In this document: in pieces, positions 34,893 to 43,585 of the stretch | Numbering within the stretch: position 1 is the stretch's first letter | How the letters are laid out: the number at the start of each line of letters is the position of its first letter | NCBI GenBank assembly: GCA_965278945.1 | Contig: OZ257128.1 | Span: 1,426,623 to 1,490,622 of the forward strand | DNA: 64,000 bases | Source: Actinomycetes bacterium | Lineage (GTDB): Bacteria; Actinomycetota; Actinomycetes; S36-B12 | Direction: 5' to 3' | Translations under genes and position numbers: made by a program | Notes under the pieces: generated by a model | What the model was told of the DNA's origin: nothing | Seen by the model: the letters and a program-made list of their open reading frames with translations, nothing else | Database searches by the model: none

Positions 34893-35828
34893 TCAGGCCG
34901 ACGCCGTTGAGGACGCGGCATCGAGGAACTCCAGAATGCGCCTCGCGGTGTTCTCCTCCTTCTGCTCGGCTACCGGGATGTCCCAGTACTCCGAAGCCGG
35001 AAGGCACTCCTGCAGATAGCGCGCCGCCGACAAGGCGTGGGACTCGTCCTGTCCTGGCACGACAAGTGCGGGGATCCGCAACGCCAGCAGGTCCTCCGGC
35101 TCGGCGCCCGCGACCGTGTCGCGGTCATACATCGTTCGCGCCAGTCCGCTCACGACCACTGCATACCGCGCCGGATCGATCCTGACATAGTCCGCCGCGA
35201 ACTGCGCGTCGGTGCGCAGCACGCTGTTCCACGGTCCAACTCGCGGGTCCGCCGTGAAGCCGTTGTTCGACTCGCGTACTACCGCGACCACACCCGCAAG
35301 CCCGTGCGCCTCGACGAACGCGAGGTGCTGCATGAAGCGCGCATGCTGCTTCAGTCGGTACTTCACACCGCCGGCCGGGGCGAAGAGCACCATGCTCGTC
35401 ACGCGATCCGGATGCGCGACCCCGAACGCGACGACCGCCGAGCAGCCGACGCATCCACCCATGAGATGCGCGCTCTCCACTCCGAGGCAGTCGAGGAGCC
35501 CGACGCCCTGACGGACGTAGTCCGGCCATGCGATCCGTTCAAAGCGACCGCCTGATCGCCCGGACTCCCTGCGATCGAACGTGATGCACGTGTAGCTGCC
35601 GCTGAGATGGTCGATCAGGCGCAGCCTCTTGTAAATCCCGACCGACCGCCATGCCTCCAACGTGGAGTCGAAGCCGCCGGGCGAGTACATCAGCAGTGCT
35701 GGTCCAGATCCGGTCACCTCAAAGCGCGTCCGGATCCCGTCTACGACGGCTACCCGCTCAGCCACGTTGGGTGTCACCCAGCGGTACGGGCGAGCCGCCC
35801 CCCGGTAGCTGTCTCGCGGCTCGTACAT
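34893..35828 (-). CDS. alpha/beta-fold hydrolase with a cysteine in the nucleophile elbow
   Basis: The core alpha/beta-hydrolase pattern is present (GSGPALLMYSPGG ... HLMGGCVGCSAV ... MVLFAPAGG). The elbow reads G-G-C-V-G instead of G-x-S-x-G. The start is uncertain (ATG 35828, or GTG 35777/35765 overlapping the upstream gene's end). Confidence 0.7.
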   Translation of the reverse strand: MYEPRDSYRGAARPYRWVTPNVAERVAVVDGIRTRFEVTGSGPALLMYSPGGFDSTLEAWRSVGIYKRLRLIDHLSGSYTCITFDRRESGRSGGRFERIAWPDYVRQGVGLLDCLGVESAHLMGGCVGCSAVVAFGVAHPDRVTSMVLFAPAGGVKYRLKQHARFMQHLAFVEAHGLAGVVAVVRESNNGFTADPRVGPWNSVLRTDAQFAADYVRIDPARYAVVVSGLARTMYDRDTVAGAEPEDLLALRIPALVVPGQDESHALSAARYLQECLPASEYWDIPVAEQKEENTARRILEFLDAASSTASA

Positions 35829-36609
35829 CCTCGGCGTAGGCGGTGATCGCATCATGCGTCGTCCTGGCCACATTCGCGTAGGCGTCGGTCGTACCTTCGA
35901 GCGCCGTGGCGGCGTATCCGATTGCTGCATTGACCATGCGCATCCGACCGTCGAGCCATGGTCCACCGCCAAACCCACCAAGCACAGGGATCGACACCGC
36001 CCTTGCCACGGCGGCGCCGGCCACCGGTCCGGAATTGGTGAAGTTCAGTAGGGCGGCGCCCGCTGCCTCGAGGCTCCTCGCCTGCTCGACAAGCTCCTCG
36101 GTCATGTCATCCGACACGGTGTCGCTGGGTGACGGCACTGCGGCGTACTTCGTTCCGTAGCGCAGCGCCATCTGCGGGGAGAGACCGAACTGCGCGAACA
36201 CTGGGATTCCGGCTCGCGTGACGGCCTCGACAGCGTCGAGGTGGTCCGAAGCTCCGTCGAGCTTGACCAGGTCAGCGCCGGCTTCCTTGACAAATCGGAC
36301 GCCAGCTCGGACTGCGCTGGCTGGGCCCTCCTGGAGCGGTCCGAAGGGGTAGTCGACGCTCACCAGCGCGCGGCTGACTCCTCGCCTCACAGCCTGAGCC
36401 ACGATCAGCATCTGCTCCATTGTGACCTCGAACGGGTTCGCGTGTCCCCACAGATTGACGCCGACGGTGTCTCCAACGGACACGATGTCGACGCCGGCAC
36501 GATCGACGATGCGGGCTACCTGGTAGTCCCAAGCCACCACACCGACGATTTTTCGACCCTGGTCCTTCATGCGCTGGAGGTCGCGCAGAGTTGTCGCAGC
36601 CTCAGTCAT
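35758..36609 (-). CDS. ketopantoate hydroxymethyltransferase (PanB)-like enzyme, ICL/PEP-mutase superfamily
   Basis: PanB-family blocks are present (LRDLQRMKDQGRKIVGVVAWDYQVARIVDRAGVDIVSVGDTVG, VSVDYPFG, VKLDG, IPVFAQFGLSPQ). Its catabolic context suggests a paralogue rather than the pantothenate enzyme. Confidence 0.8.
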   Translation of the reverse strand: MTEAATTLRDLQRMKDQGRKIVGVVAWDYQVARIVDRAGVDIVSVGDTVGVNLWGHANPFEVTMEQMLIVAQAVRRGVSRALVSVDYPFGPLQEGPASAVRAGVRFVKEAGADLVKLDGASDHLDAVEAVTRAGIPVFAQFGLSPQMALRYGTKYAAVPSPSDTVSDDMTEELVEQARSLEAAGAALLNFTNSGPVAGAAVARAVSIPVLGGFGGGPWLDGRMRMVNAAIGYAATALEGTTDAYANVARTTHDAITAYAEDVRAARQLPGGGSPVPLGDTQRG

Positions 36610-36646
36610 CTCAACCCACCTCTTCGAGGGATCCGGCAGAACATCG

Positions 36647-37138
36647 TCATGCCCGCAAGGCCGCGAGCAGTTCGGTTACGTCACTCTCGTCGGCCGTTGG
36701 CAATAGCACTCGAGCATGGGGACGCAGCGCGGCTATCGCCTTCTCGGCGTCATCCCGGTCGGCGACGACGACGCCGGCAGTCATGATCGAGCGCTCCCAG
36801 CAGGCGCGCCCGATGGAGTACGCGCACTCGGAGCCCGTGTCATCTGTAGCAATCAGGACGACGACGTCAGAGTCGGCCAGTTGCGACACGAGATCGGCCG
36901 CCTCTCCCGTGAGTCCGGTCAGCGTCGCCGATCCTGCGTCACCACCGATGCATACGAAGAACCGCGCCGTGACCCAGTCGCCGACCGCCACGCGTTCCGA
37001 GATAGCAGCCGCGGAGGCGTCAAGGGCGATGACGCACGCCCCGCGTGACGGGGCAATTGGCACATTGATGCGGTAGCGGGCTTCGGTGGCCGTCGCTGCG
37101 CGGGCGCAACTGTTGGCCAGGATCGGCGTCGCCGTCAC
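36647..37138 (-). CDS. hypothetical protein (163 aa), translationally coupled to the upstream Rieske oxygenase
   Basis: The GTG at 37138 overlaps the oxygenase stop (GTGA). I recognise no family. The alternating strand/helix pattern (ACVIALDASAAAI ... DVVVLIATDDTGSECAYSIGRACWERSIMTAGVVVA) suggests a Rossmann-like fold. Confidence 0.5.
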   Translation of the reverse strand: MTATPILANSCARAATATEARYRINVPIAPSRGACVIALDASAAAISERVAVGDWVTARFFVCIGGDAGSATLTGLTGEAADLVSQLADSDVVVLIATDDTGSECAYSIGRACWERSIMTAGVVVADRDDAEKAIAALRPHARVLLPTADESDVTELLAALRA

Positions 37139-38421
37139 ACCGACGACACCGGAGTCCCCGGGACGGCCCGGACCGCGTCGCCGCATGAGTCAAGAAAGGA
37201 CTCCGCCTGCGTCAAGACCACGGCCGCCGATCGGACGTGGTGATGCACGGGATCAATGCCCGGTGGGGGCGTGCCTTCATCGCGCAACGCGATCGCCGCC
37301 TTGCGAAGCTTCTGCCGCGCCTTGATGATTCCGCTGTCCGCAGGCACGAGCCGCTCCCTGCTTCGGTCCACGATCGGACCCATACTCTCCTGCAGGGACG
37401 AATCCTGAATCGCGATCCCCTTGACGCCCGAGTAGTACTCACCGCGTTTCTGCGCCTCGCGGTCCATCAGGTAGTCGTTGTCCATGTTCGCGACAGGCCG
37501 GTATGAGCCGGGGATGTTCTCGCTGTGAATGCCATGTCCGGCGATCATTGCGTTGCGTTCATCCGACGTCAGCGGACGCACAGGGTGGTAGTCGAAACTC
37601 CAAGCCCAGCAGTTCTCGTCGTCGATCGGTACCCAGAAATGACCATGCACAGGGTGATCGCCGCGGGGAGGAACCATCGTGAATGACGGCATCACCCAGG
37701 GCGTGATTCGCCAGTAGTAGCGCCCGCTATCGACGTTGCGGCGCGCACCGACGAAGAGACCGCCCGGGGTGTCGGTGACCTCGAAGAACGGTTTCGTATC
37801 GTTGAGGTTGTACTCGTTGCCCTTCGCTCCCTTGAACAGCGGGTCAGTCTTGAGCCCGCCGGAATGCAAAAAGGTGACATGACTTGAGTCGATTCCGCCC
37901 TCGAACGCCTGCAGCCAGTTGCACTGCTGCCAGCGCTTGCTCGTGTAGGTCTGCTCGGGTGGAACGAGGATGAACTCCCATTCTGGGAGTGGCGGCGGAT
38001 TCTCCCGATCTCCCATATACGTCCAGAGGACGTCACCGATCTGAACTAGTGGGTACGCGCGAAGCTTAACGTTGCTGCAGAAGGTGCTGTCGTCGGCCTC
38101 CGAAGGAACGGACACGCACTGACCGGTGACGTCGAACTTCCAGCCGTGGTATGCGCAGCGAAGACCCGACTCCTCGACGCGGCCGAACCAGAGTGAGGCA
38201 CCACGATGAGCGCAGAACTCGTCGATGAGGCCGTAGCGGCCCTCGCTGTCCCGGAAGGCGATGAGTCGCTCGGAAAGGAGCTTGACCCTCACCTGGGGAC
38301 AGTCATTCTCCGGTAGTTCCTCGGCGAGCAGCGCAGGAATCCAGTAGCGGCGGAACAACTCGCCCATAGCGGTCGCCGGCCCGGTCTGCGTGAGCAGATC
38401 GTTGAGTTCCGGACGAAGCAC
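37135..38421 (-). CDS. Rieske oxygenase, phthalate-dioxygenase-like (alpha-only, class IA-type)
   Basis: The N-terminal region (GELFRRYWIPALLAEELPENDCPQVRVKLLSERLIAFRDSEGRYGLIDEFCAHRGASLWFGRVEESGLRCAYHGWKFD) matches the phthalate 4,5-dioxygenase-type family and contains an intact CxH...CxxH motif. No beta subunit gene is adjacent. Confidence 0.85.
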   Translation of the reverse strand: MLRPELNDLLTQTGPATAMGELFRRYWIPALLAEELPENDCPQVRVKLLSERLIAFRDSEGRYGLIDEFCAHRGASLWFGRVEESGLRCAYHGWKFDVTGQCVSVPSEADDSTFCSNVKLRAYPLVQIGDVLWTYMGDRENPPPLPEWEFILVPPEQTYTSKRWQQCNWLQAFEGGIDSSHVTFLHSGGLKTDPLFKGAKGNEYNLNDTKPFFEVTDTPGGLFVGARRNVDSGRYYWRITPWVMPSFTMVPPRGDHPVHGHFWVPIDDENCWAWSFDYHPVRPLTSDERNAMIAGHGIHSENIPGSYRPVANMDNDYLMDREAQKRGEYYSGVKGIAIQDSSLQESMGPIVDRSRERLVPADSGIIKARQKLRKAAIALRDEGTPPPGIDPVHHHVRSAAVVLTQAESFLDSCGDAVRAVPGTPVSSV

Positions 38422-38506
38422 TGGCGGCCTCCCTGTACGGTCGAAGCCTTGTCGCTTTTGGCCGTTGATGAATGAAGGGCTAACTATCCTACCTTTAGAT
38501 TGCGAG

Positions 38507-39892
38507 TGTCAACTCCTCGGCGAGACTCACGAGAAATGCCCGCGAAACGGTGAGCGTGTGGGGGGAGGAATGGGTTGTCTATGCAGTCTCGTCCCGAGGT
38601 CTCCTTCAGGTATGGCACGGCGTACGCGAGGGCGTCGAAGGTGGACAAGGGTCGGATTCTGGATGAGGTGGTGTCGGTGACGGGGTGGTCGCGTGACAAC
38701 GCCCGGCGTCGACTCGGTGTTGCCGCCAGGGCCCGACCAGGGGCTGGTCGGGCGGTCGTGAGACCGGTCCGCAAGCCGCGGTCGCCGAAGTATTCGCTCG
38801 ACGCTGTGAACGTGCTGGCGCGGGTGTGGGCGGCCTCGGGTGGGCAGTGCGGGAAGTACCTCGCGGCGTCGATGCGGATCCAGCTCGACGGCCTGGAGCG
38901 TCACGGTGAACTCCTGGCCGGCGTCAACGGGTACGGCCCGGGCGTGCGGGCCGAGCTGCTGTCGATGAGCGCGGCGTCGATCGACCGCTATCTAAAGGGC
39001 GTCAAGGCCACCGACCAGATCCGTGGCAGGAGCACCACGGAACCGTCGCCGTTGCTGAGGTCCTCCATCGCCATCCGCAGGGCCGGGGACGAGGCCGAGG
39101 CCGAGCCGGGCTTCTTCGAAGGTGACACCGTCGCGCACTGCGGTCCCACCCTCAAGGGCGAGTTCGCCCGCACGCTGAACCTCTCTGACGGCCATACCGG
39201 GTGGGTGTTCACCCGCAGCGTGCGCAACAACGCCAACGTTCACATTCTGGCCGCGCTCAAGGCCGGTATCGAGGAGATCCCGTTCGAGGTGACCGGGCTG
39301 GACTTCGACAACGGCACCGAGTTCTTGAACAAGCCCGTCATCGCCTGGGCCGCAGGCATGGAGATCTTCTTCACCCGCTCACGGCCCTACAAGAAGAACG
39401 ACCAGGCGACCATTGAGTCGAAGAACAACCACCTCGTGCGCAAATACGGGTTCTACTACCGCTACGACACCGCTGAGGAACGCGTCGTGCTGAACCGGCT
39501 CTGGGCACTGGTCAACGACCGGCTCAACTACCTGACCCCGACGAAGAAGCCCATCGGGTACGGCACCGACCGGGGCGGCCGGCGCACCCGGATCTACGAC
39601 GACCCAGCGACCCCGCTGGACCGGCTCCTGGCCGCCAGCGTCCTATCCCCTGTCCAGGCCGCCGACCTGATCGCCTACCGCGACTGCCTCAACCCCGCCG
39701 CGATCGCACGCCAGATCGCCGACCTGCAAACCGTCCTGCTCACCTTGGCGAAGGACAAGACCGAACAACTCTACCTCGCCAGCTTCCCCACCGCCCTACC
39801 CGACATCCGCATCAAAGCCAGCTGACCACATTTCGTGGGCATTCCTAACTGAGGCACCGATCAACTTTCACGGGCATATTGACTTGAGGCAC
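38507..39892 (+). mobile_element. insertion sequence carrying a single rve-type transposase gene (family uncertain; boundaries approximate)
   Basis: The ends share inverted copies of an AATGCCC(G/A)CGAAA motif (one copy on the left, two on the right) and TCGG..CTCA blocks. I could not identify a clear target duplication. Confidence 0.55.
38575..39825 (+). CDS. DDE transposase (retroviral-integrase/rve core)
   Basis: The N-terminal HTH-like region reads RILDEVVSVTGWSRDNARRRL. The DDE triad is visible in FFEGDTVAH, GLDFDNGTEF and QATIESKNNHLVR, with D-35-E spacing. It may be ISNCY/IS1202-like or IS481-like; this cannot be decided without a search. Confidence 0.8.
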   Translation: MSMQSRPEVSFRYGTAYARASKVDKGRILDEVVSVTGWSRDNARRRLGVAARARPGAGRAVVRPVRKPRSPKYSLDAVNVLARVWAASGGQCGKYLAASMRIQLDGLERHGELLAGVNGYGPGVRAELLSMSAASIDRYLKGVKATDQIRGRSTTEPSPLLRSSIAIRRAGDEAEAEPGFFEGDTVAHCGPTLKGEFARTLNLSDGHTGWVFTRSVRNNANVHILAALKAGIEEIPFEVTGLDFDNGTEFLNKPVIAWAAGMEIFFTRSRPYKKNDQATIESKNNHLVRKYGFYYRYDTAEERVVLNRLWALVNDRLNYLTPTKKPIGYGTDRGGRRTRIYDDPATPLDRLLAASVLSPVQAADLIAYRDCLNPAAIARQIADLQTVLLTLAKDKTEQLYLASFPTALPDIRIKAS

Positions 39893-40022
39893 TACGCTCC
39901 GCCGCGCAGCGCGAAACCGCGGTGGAATGGCGGGGACAGGATTCGCCTACTTCGGGACGGACAATTCTGGCAGGTCGCGCCATTGGTCGTTTCATCATGC
40001 CGTTACGACTACGATTCCGTAA

Positions 40023-40799
40023 GTGACGACCCAGAGTGCGAAGAATGACGTTGTGCTGGCCGTGGCCCCCGTTGGAAAGGGGGACCTGTTGACACGGGTG
40101 AGCATCGGACGGATCTCGGAAGTAATCGTTGAACAGGTGCGTGCGTTGATCCGCCAGGGTCAGCTGTCAGCAGGCGATCGACTTCCGTCGGAGCGCGAAC
40201 TCTGCGATCGCTTTGGCGTGAGCCGTGTCACGGTACGTGAAGCACTCCGGGTGCTCGAGGCCAACGGCCTGGTCGAGATTCGAGTCGGTGCCCGCGGGGG
40301 CGCCTTCGTGACTGCACCTACCAGCCGACTCGTCGGCGAGGGAATCTCAGATCTCATTACGCTCTCTTCGCTTTCGGCAGTAGAGGTTACCGAGGCGCGG
40401 ATGGTCTTTGAACTCGGCATCATGCCGCTCGTCTGCGAACGAGCAACTAACGAGGACATCGGCGATCTGTACGAGATCTGCGATCGGAGCGATATTGCGT
40501 TGGACAATGACGAGTACCCCTTCGAACTCTCCGCTGAGTGGCATACCCGCTATGCGCGGGCCTCCCACAACCGGGCAGTCACCATGCTCGTCGAGTCTCT
40601 CCGCGGCCCGTTGCTCATGTCGCTTGAGCGCGCTCGAGATGCGGAACCGCTGCACGGTCGACGCGGCGTCGAGGAACATCGAGCATTGGTCGACTCGATT
40701 GCCAAACGCAACGTTCGCAAGGCGTCAGCAATGATGAGCGCACACCTCGGCCGGACCGCGGAGCGCCTGCTCGGGAGCAACACGGCAACTGAGCATTAG
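40023..40799 (+). CDS. GntR-family transcriptional regulator (FadR/FCD subtype)
   Basis: It has the HTH block VRALIRQGQLSAGDRLPSERELCDRFGVSRVTVREALRVLEANGLVEIRVGARGG, followed by a helical FCD-like domain. The start is GTG. Confidence 0.85.
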   Translation: MTTQSAKNDVVLAVAPVGKGDLLTRVSIGRISEVIVEQVRALIRQGQLSAGDRLPSERELCDRFGVSRVTVREALRVLEANGLVEIRVGARGGAFVTAPTSRLVGEGISDLITLSSLSAVEVTEARMVFELGIMPLVCERATNEDIGDLYEICDRSDIALDNDEYPFELSAEWHTRYARASHNRAVTMLVESLRGPLLMSLERARDAEPLHGRRGVEEHRALVDSIAKRNVRKASAMMSAHLGRTAERLLGSNTATEH

Positions 40800-41111
40800 T
40801 CGGATGCGCTCTCGCGACTAGGCAGCGTTGGCCGAAGCAACCTGCCCGCCGAATCTGGCCCGCGCCCACTGGGCGGATTCTACCGGGCGGGGCCGGCGCA
40901 CGGTGAGGGCTGTCGTGCGCTCGAAAGATGTCCCGCTACTTGAGCGTTCCAACCCGATCGGTAGGTCGCCTTCTCAATGCCCGGCCCCGGCTCGGTCTTC
41001 AGCCTCCACAGGTCGCTCGCTGATCATCACCTCAGCCGTCACGTGCGGCCGGGGCGCGCTTTGTGCGTGTGCTAGCGGGCCTCGTTAGCGACCGCGATGT
41101 CCGCAGGCTGG

Positions 41112-41297
41112 TCACAAGTTCGCGCTTGAGCGCGCCACGGGACTCTCCACGTTCAGGCCTTGATCGATCGCCTTCATGGTTGATCCGCAATCATCCGGGA
41201 AGTTGACCTTGAGCCATTGGGGGATCTGTTCAGGACTCCACGACCTCACCCACGGGCGATCTTGGCGGTACCGGCTGTCCCGCCCATTCCGATGCAC
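41112..41297 (-). pseudogene. IS30-family transposase fragment
   Basis: SWSPEQIPQWLKVNFPDD....AIDQGLNV resembles the conserved WSPEQI..L...FPDD...SHETIYQALYV block of IS30 transposases. There is no DDE core, and only about 50 codons remain. Confidence 0.45.
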
Positions 41298-41420
41298 GGG
41301 CCAGGGGCCTCAACAGCCGACGTCCTGTCCGGACGGCACCGTCAAGCTGTTCGGACGACCGGTTGAATCCGCCCTGTTAATGGTTATACCATTTGGTGTG
41401 GGTCGTCCAGAGCGCTCGGT

Positions 41421-42587
41421 ATGAACGTCGGGTCACCGAAGTTGCCCGGAAGGCCATCGCGCGACTTCGTGGCGTCCGCGAGCGCGGCGACGATCTACTC
41501 GTTCGCGCTCGCGATCTCCAGCGTCGGCCTGCCGTTGCTGGCCCTCGGAGCAGGCTATTCGGCAGCCCAGGTCGGGATACTGGCGGCAATCTCCGCCGTT
41601 TCGCAACTGTTGACGCGACTGACACTGGGTGCCGTGATGCGCCGGTACGGCGACTGGACACTGATCGCCTCATCGGCGCTCATACTCGCCGTCAGCAACG
41701 GGTTGGCCGCGCTGTCGGCATCGGCGATCTCGCTCGTTCTCGCGGAACTCCTCCAGGGAGTGTCACGCGCCTTCTTCTGGACGGGAACCCAGACACATGT
41801 CGTCCGGCGTGCGACCAGTGCCGCAGCCGCACTCGCCGCCATCAATCTGGTGTCGTCAACCGGCCTGTTGGCCGGACCGGCAGTTGCCGGGATGCTCTCT
41901 GAGCACACGCCCGTGCTGGCGCTCAACGTCGCAGCTGGGGTGTCGCTTCTCGGCTGCGGACCCGCATTCTTCCTCGATAGGCTGCCCCCATTCGTGCCGC
42001 CGGCCGACAAGCAACCCGGGCGCATGTACCGACGTCCGGGTGTCGCCCTCGGATGCTGGGGGGGATTCTCAGCGGGCGCGTGGCGCGGGGTGCTGGGATC
42101 GTATGTGCCGGTCGCGCTTGATCTAGCACGGCAGTCAGCATCGACGATCGGGATCCTCGTGTCCGTCGCGAATGCAGCAGCGCTGGTCGGATCTGGCGTG
42201 GCCGGCCGTATACGCGCGCATGCATTCCGCAAGGTGATCCTGATCGGCATGGTCGCGATGGGTGTTGCCACCGCGGCAGTCCCCGCCTTGGCTAGCCTCA
42301 TCGTGCCGGCGGCGCTAGCCCTCATCGTGAGCGGCGTGGCGGCCGGTCTGGTCCAGGTGCTGAGCCTGGCGACCGCCTCCGACGCGGTGCACCCTGAGGA
42401 GCGAGGGGAGGCAATCGCGATAAGTGGAACCTTCCGCGCAGCCGCGCTCTTCGTCGCTCCGCTGGCCGTTGCAGCTATGGTGCTCGTCATTCCGCTCGCC
42501 GCTGCCGTGGCGGTCGTCGGAACGGCAATGACCGCACCTGCACTCGCGTTGCGGTCACGCAGTCCTGGCGACGCGCGCAACTCCTAG
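41421..42587 (+). CDS. MFS transporter
   Basis: The 388-aa product has about 12 hydrophobic segments and a loop 2-3-like motif ([13 protein letters not shown]). Its end overlaps the convergent aldolase gene by 4 nt. Confidence 0.8.
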   Translation: MNVGSPKLPGRPSRDFVASASAATIYSFALAISSVGLPLLALGAGYSAAQVGILAAISAVSQLLTRLTLGAVMRRYGDWTLIASSALILAVSNGLAALSASAISLVLAELLQGVSRAFFWTGTQTHVVRRATSAAAALAAINLVSSTGLLAGPAVAGMLSEHTPVLALNVAAGVSLLGCGPAFFLDRLPPFVPPADKQPGRMYRRPGVALGCWGGFSAGAWRGVLGSYVPVALDLARQSASTIGILVSVANAAALVGSGVAGRIRAHAFRKVILIGMVAMGVATAAVPALASLIVPAALALIVSGVAAGLVQVLSLATASDAVHPEERGEAIAISGTFRAAALFVAPLAVAAMVLVIPLAAAVAVVGTAMTAPALALRSRSPGDARNS

Positions 42588-43585
42588 GCGAGATCCAAAG
42601 CCACGTCGACGATAAGGTCCTCTTGGCCGCCGACCATCCTGCGCCTGCCGACCTCCACGAGGATCGCTCTCGTGTCGAGTCCATAGCGGTCCGCCGCAGC
42701 CTCCGCATGCCTGAGAAAACTCGAGTACACACCCGCGTAGCCGAGCGTCAGCGTCTCGCGATCGACGCGGACCGGGCGGTCCTGCAGCGGGCGCACCAGG
42801 TCGTCCGCTGCGTCCATGAGCGCGAACAGGTCGCATCCATGCTCCCAGCCGGACAGCTCGGCGACGGCAATGAACGCCTCGATCTGGCAGTTGCCAGCTC
42901 CCGCGCCCTGACCGGCGAGAGAGGCATCGACTCGGTACGCGCCTTCTTCGACGGCGATCACGGAGTTGGCCACTCCCAGCCCGAGATTGTGATGAGCGTG
43001 AATTCCGATCTCGGTCTCCGCCTTGAGCGCATGCCGAAGCGCACGCACTCGGTCCCGGGCGCCGGTCATCGTCAAGCGTCCGCCGGAGTCGGTCACGTAG
43101 ACGCAGAGAGCTCCGGCCTTCTCCATGATCAGCGCCTGCTGCGCGAGCAAGTCGGGCTCCGTCATGTGGGACATCATCAGGAATCCTGCGACGTCCATTC
43201 CGAGCTCACGCGCCATTTGGATGTGCTGGATCGCGACATCCGCCTCTGTGCAGTGGGTGGCCACGCGCACCGACTGCACACCGAGGTCGTGTGCATGCCT
43301 GAGATCCTCGATCGTGCCGATGCCGGGAAGCAACAGCGTCGTGAGCTTCGCGTTCGAGATCACGTCGGCGGCCGCAGCGATCCACTCCCAGTCGGTATGC
43401 GCACCCGGGCCGTAAGTGACACTGCTGCCGCCGAGGCCGTCTCCGTGCGTCACCTCGATGGCCGCTACTCCCGCTGCGTCCAGCGCACCGGCTATCGAAC
43501 GAACCTGCTCCAGCGAGTACTGATGCCGGACGGAATGCATCCCGTCGCGCAGGGTTACATCTTGGATGTAGAGCTTGGTCGTCAT
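42584..43585 (-). CDS. 4-hydroxy-2-oxovalerate aldolase (DmpG/MhpE/BphI type)
   Basis: The sequence begins [51 protein letters not shown] and has the family's typical length. The start overlaps the upstream stop by 4 nt. Confidence 0.9.
   Translation of the reverse strand: MTTKLYIQDVTLRDGMHSVRHQYSLEQVRSIAGALDAAGVAAIEVTHGDGLGGSSVTYGPGAHTDWEWIAAAADVISNAKLTTLLLPGIGTIEDLRHAHDLGVQSVRVATHCTEADVAIQHIQMARELGMDVAGFLMMSHMTEPDLLAQQALIMEKAGALCVYVTDSGGRLTMTGARDRVRALRHALKAETEIGIHAHHNLGLGVANSVIAVEEGAYRVDASLAGQGAGAGNCQIEAFIAVAELSGWEHGCDLFALMDAADDLVRPLQDRPVRVDRETLTLGYAGVYSSFLRHAEAAADRYGLDTRAILVEVGRRRMVGGQEDLIVDVALDLA

Noticed and set aside
33977-34921. A long antisense ORF (314 aa) opposite the decarboxylase-like gene. 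Similar ones occur at 42623..43642, 43693..44931, 41555..42580, 60008..61159, 8150..8863, 8338..9096, 14740..15369 and 18475..19104
   Set aside because: All lie fully within and antisense to genes with strong family signatures. They have Arg/Pro/Gly/His-rich composition and no recognisable motifs. This is the expected artefact of stop-codon-poor high-GC DNA.
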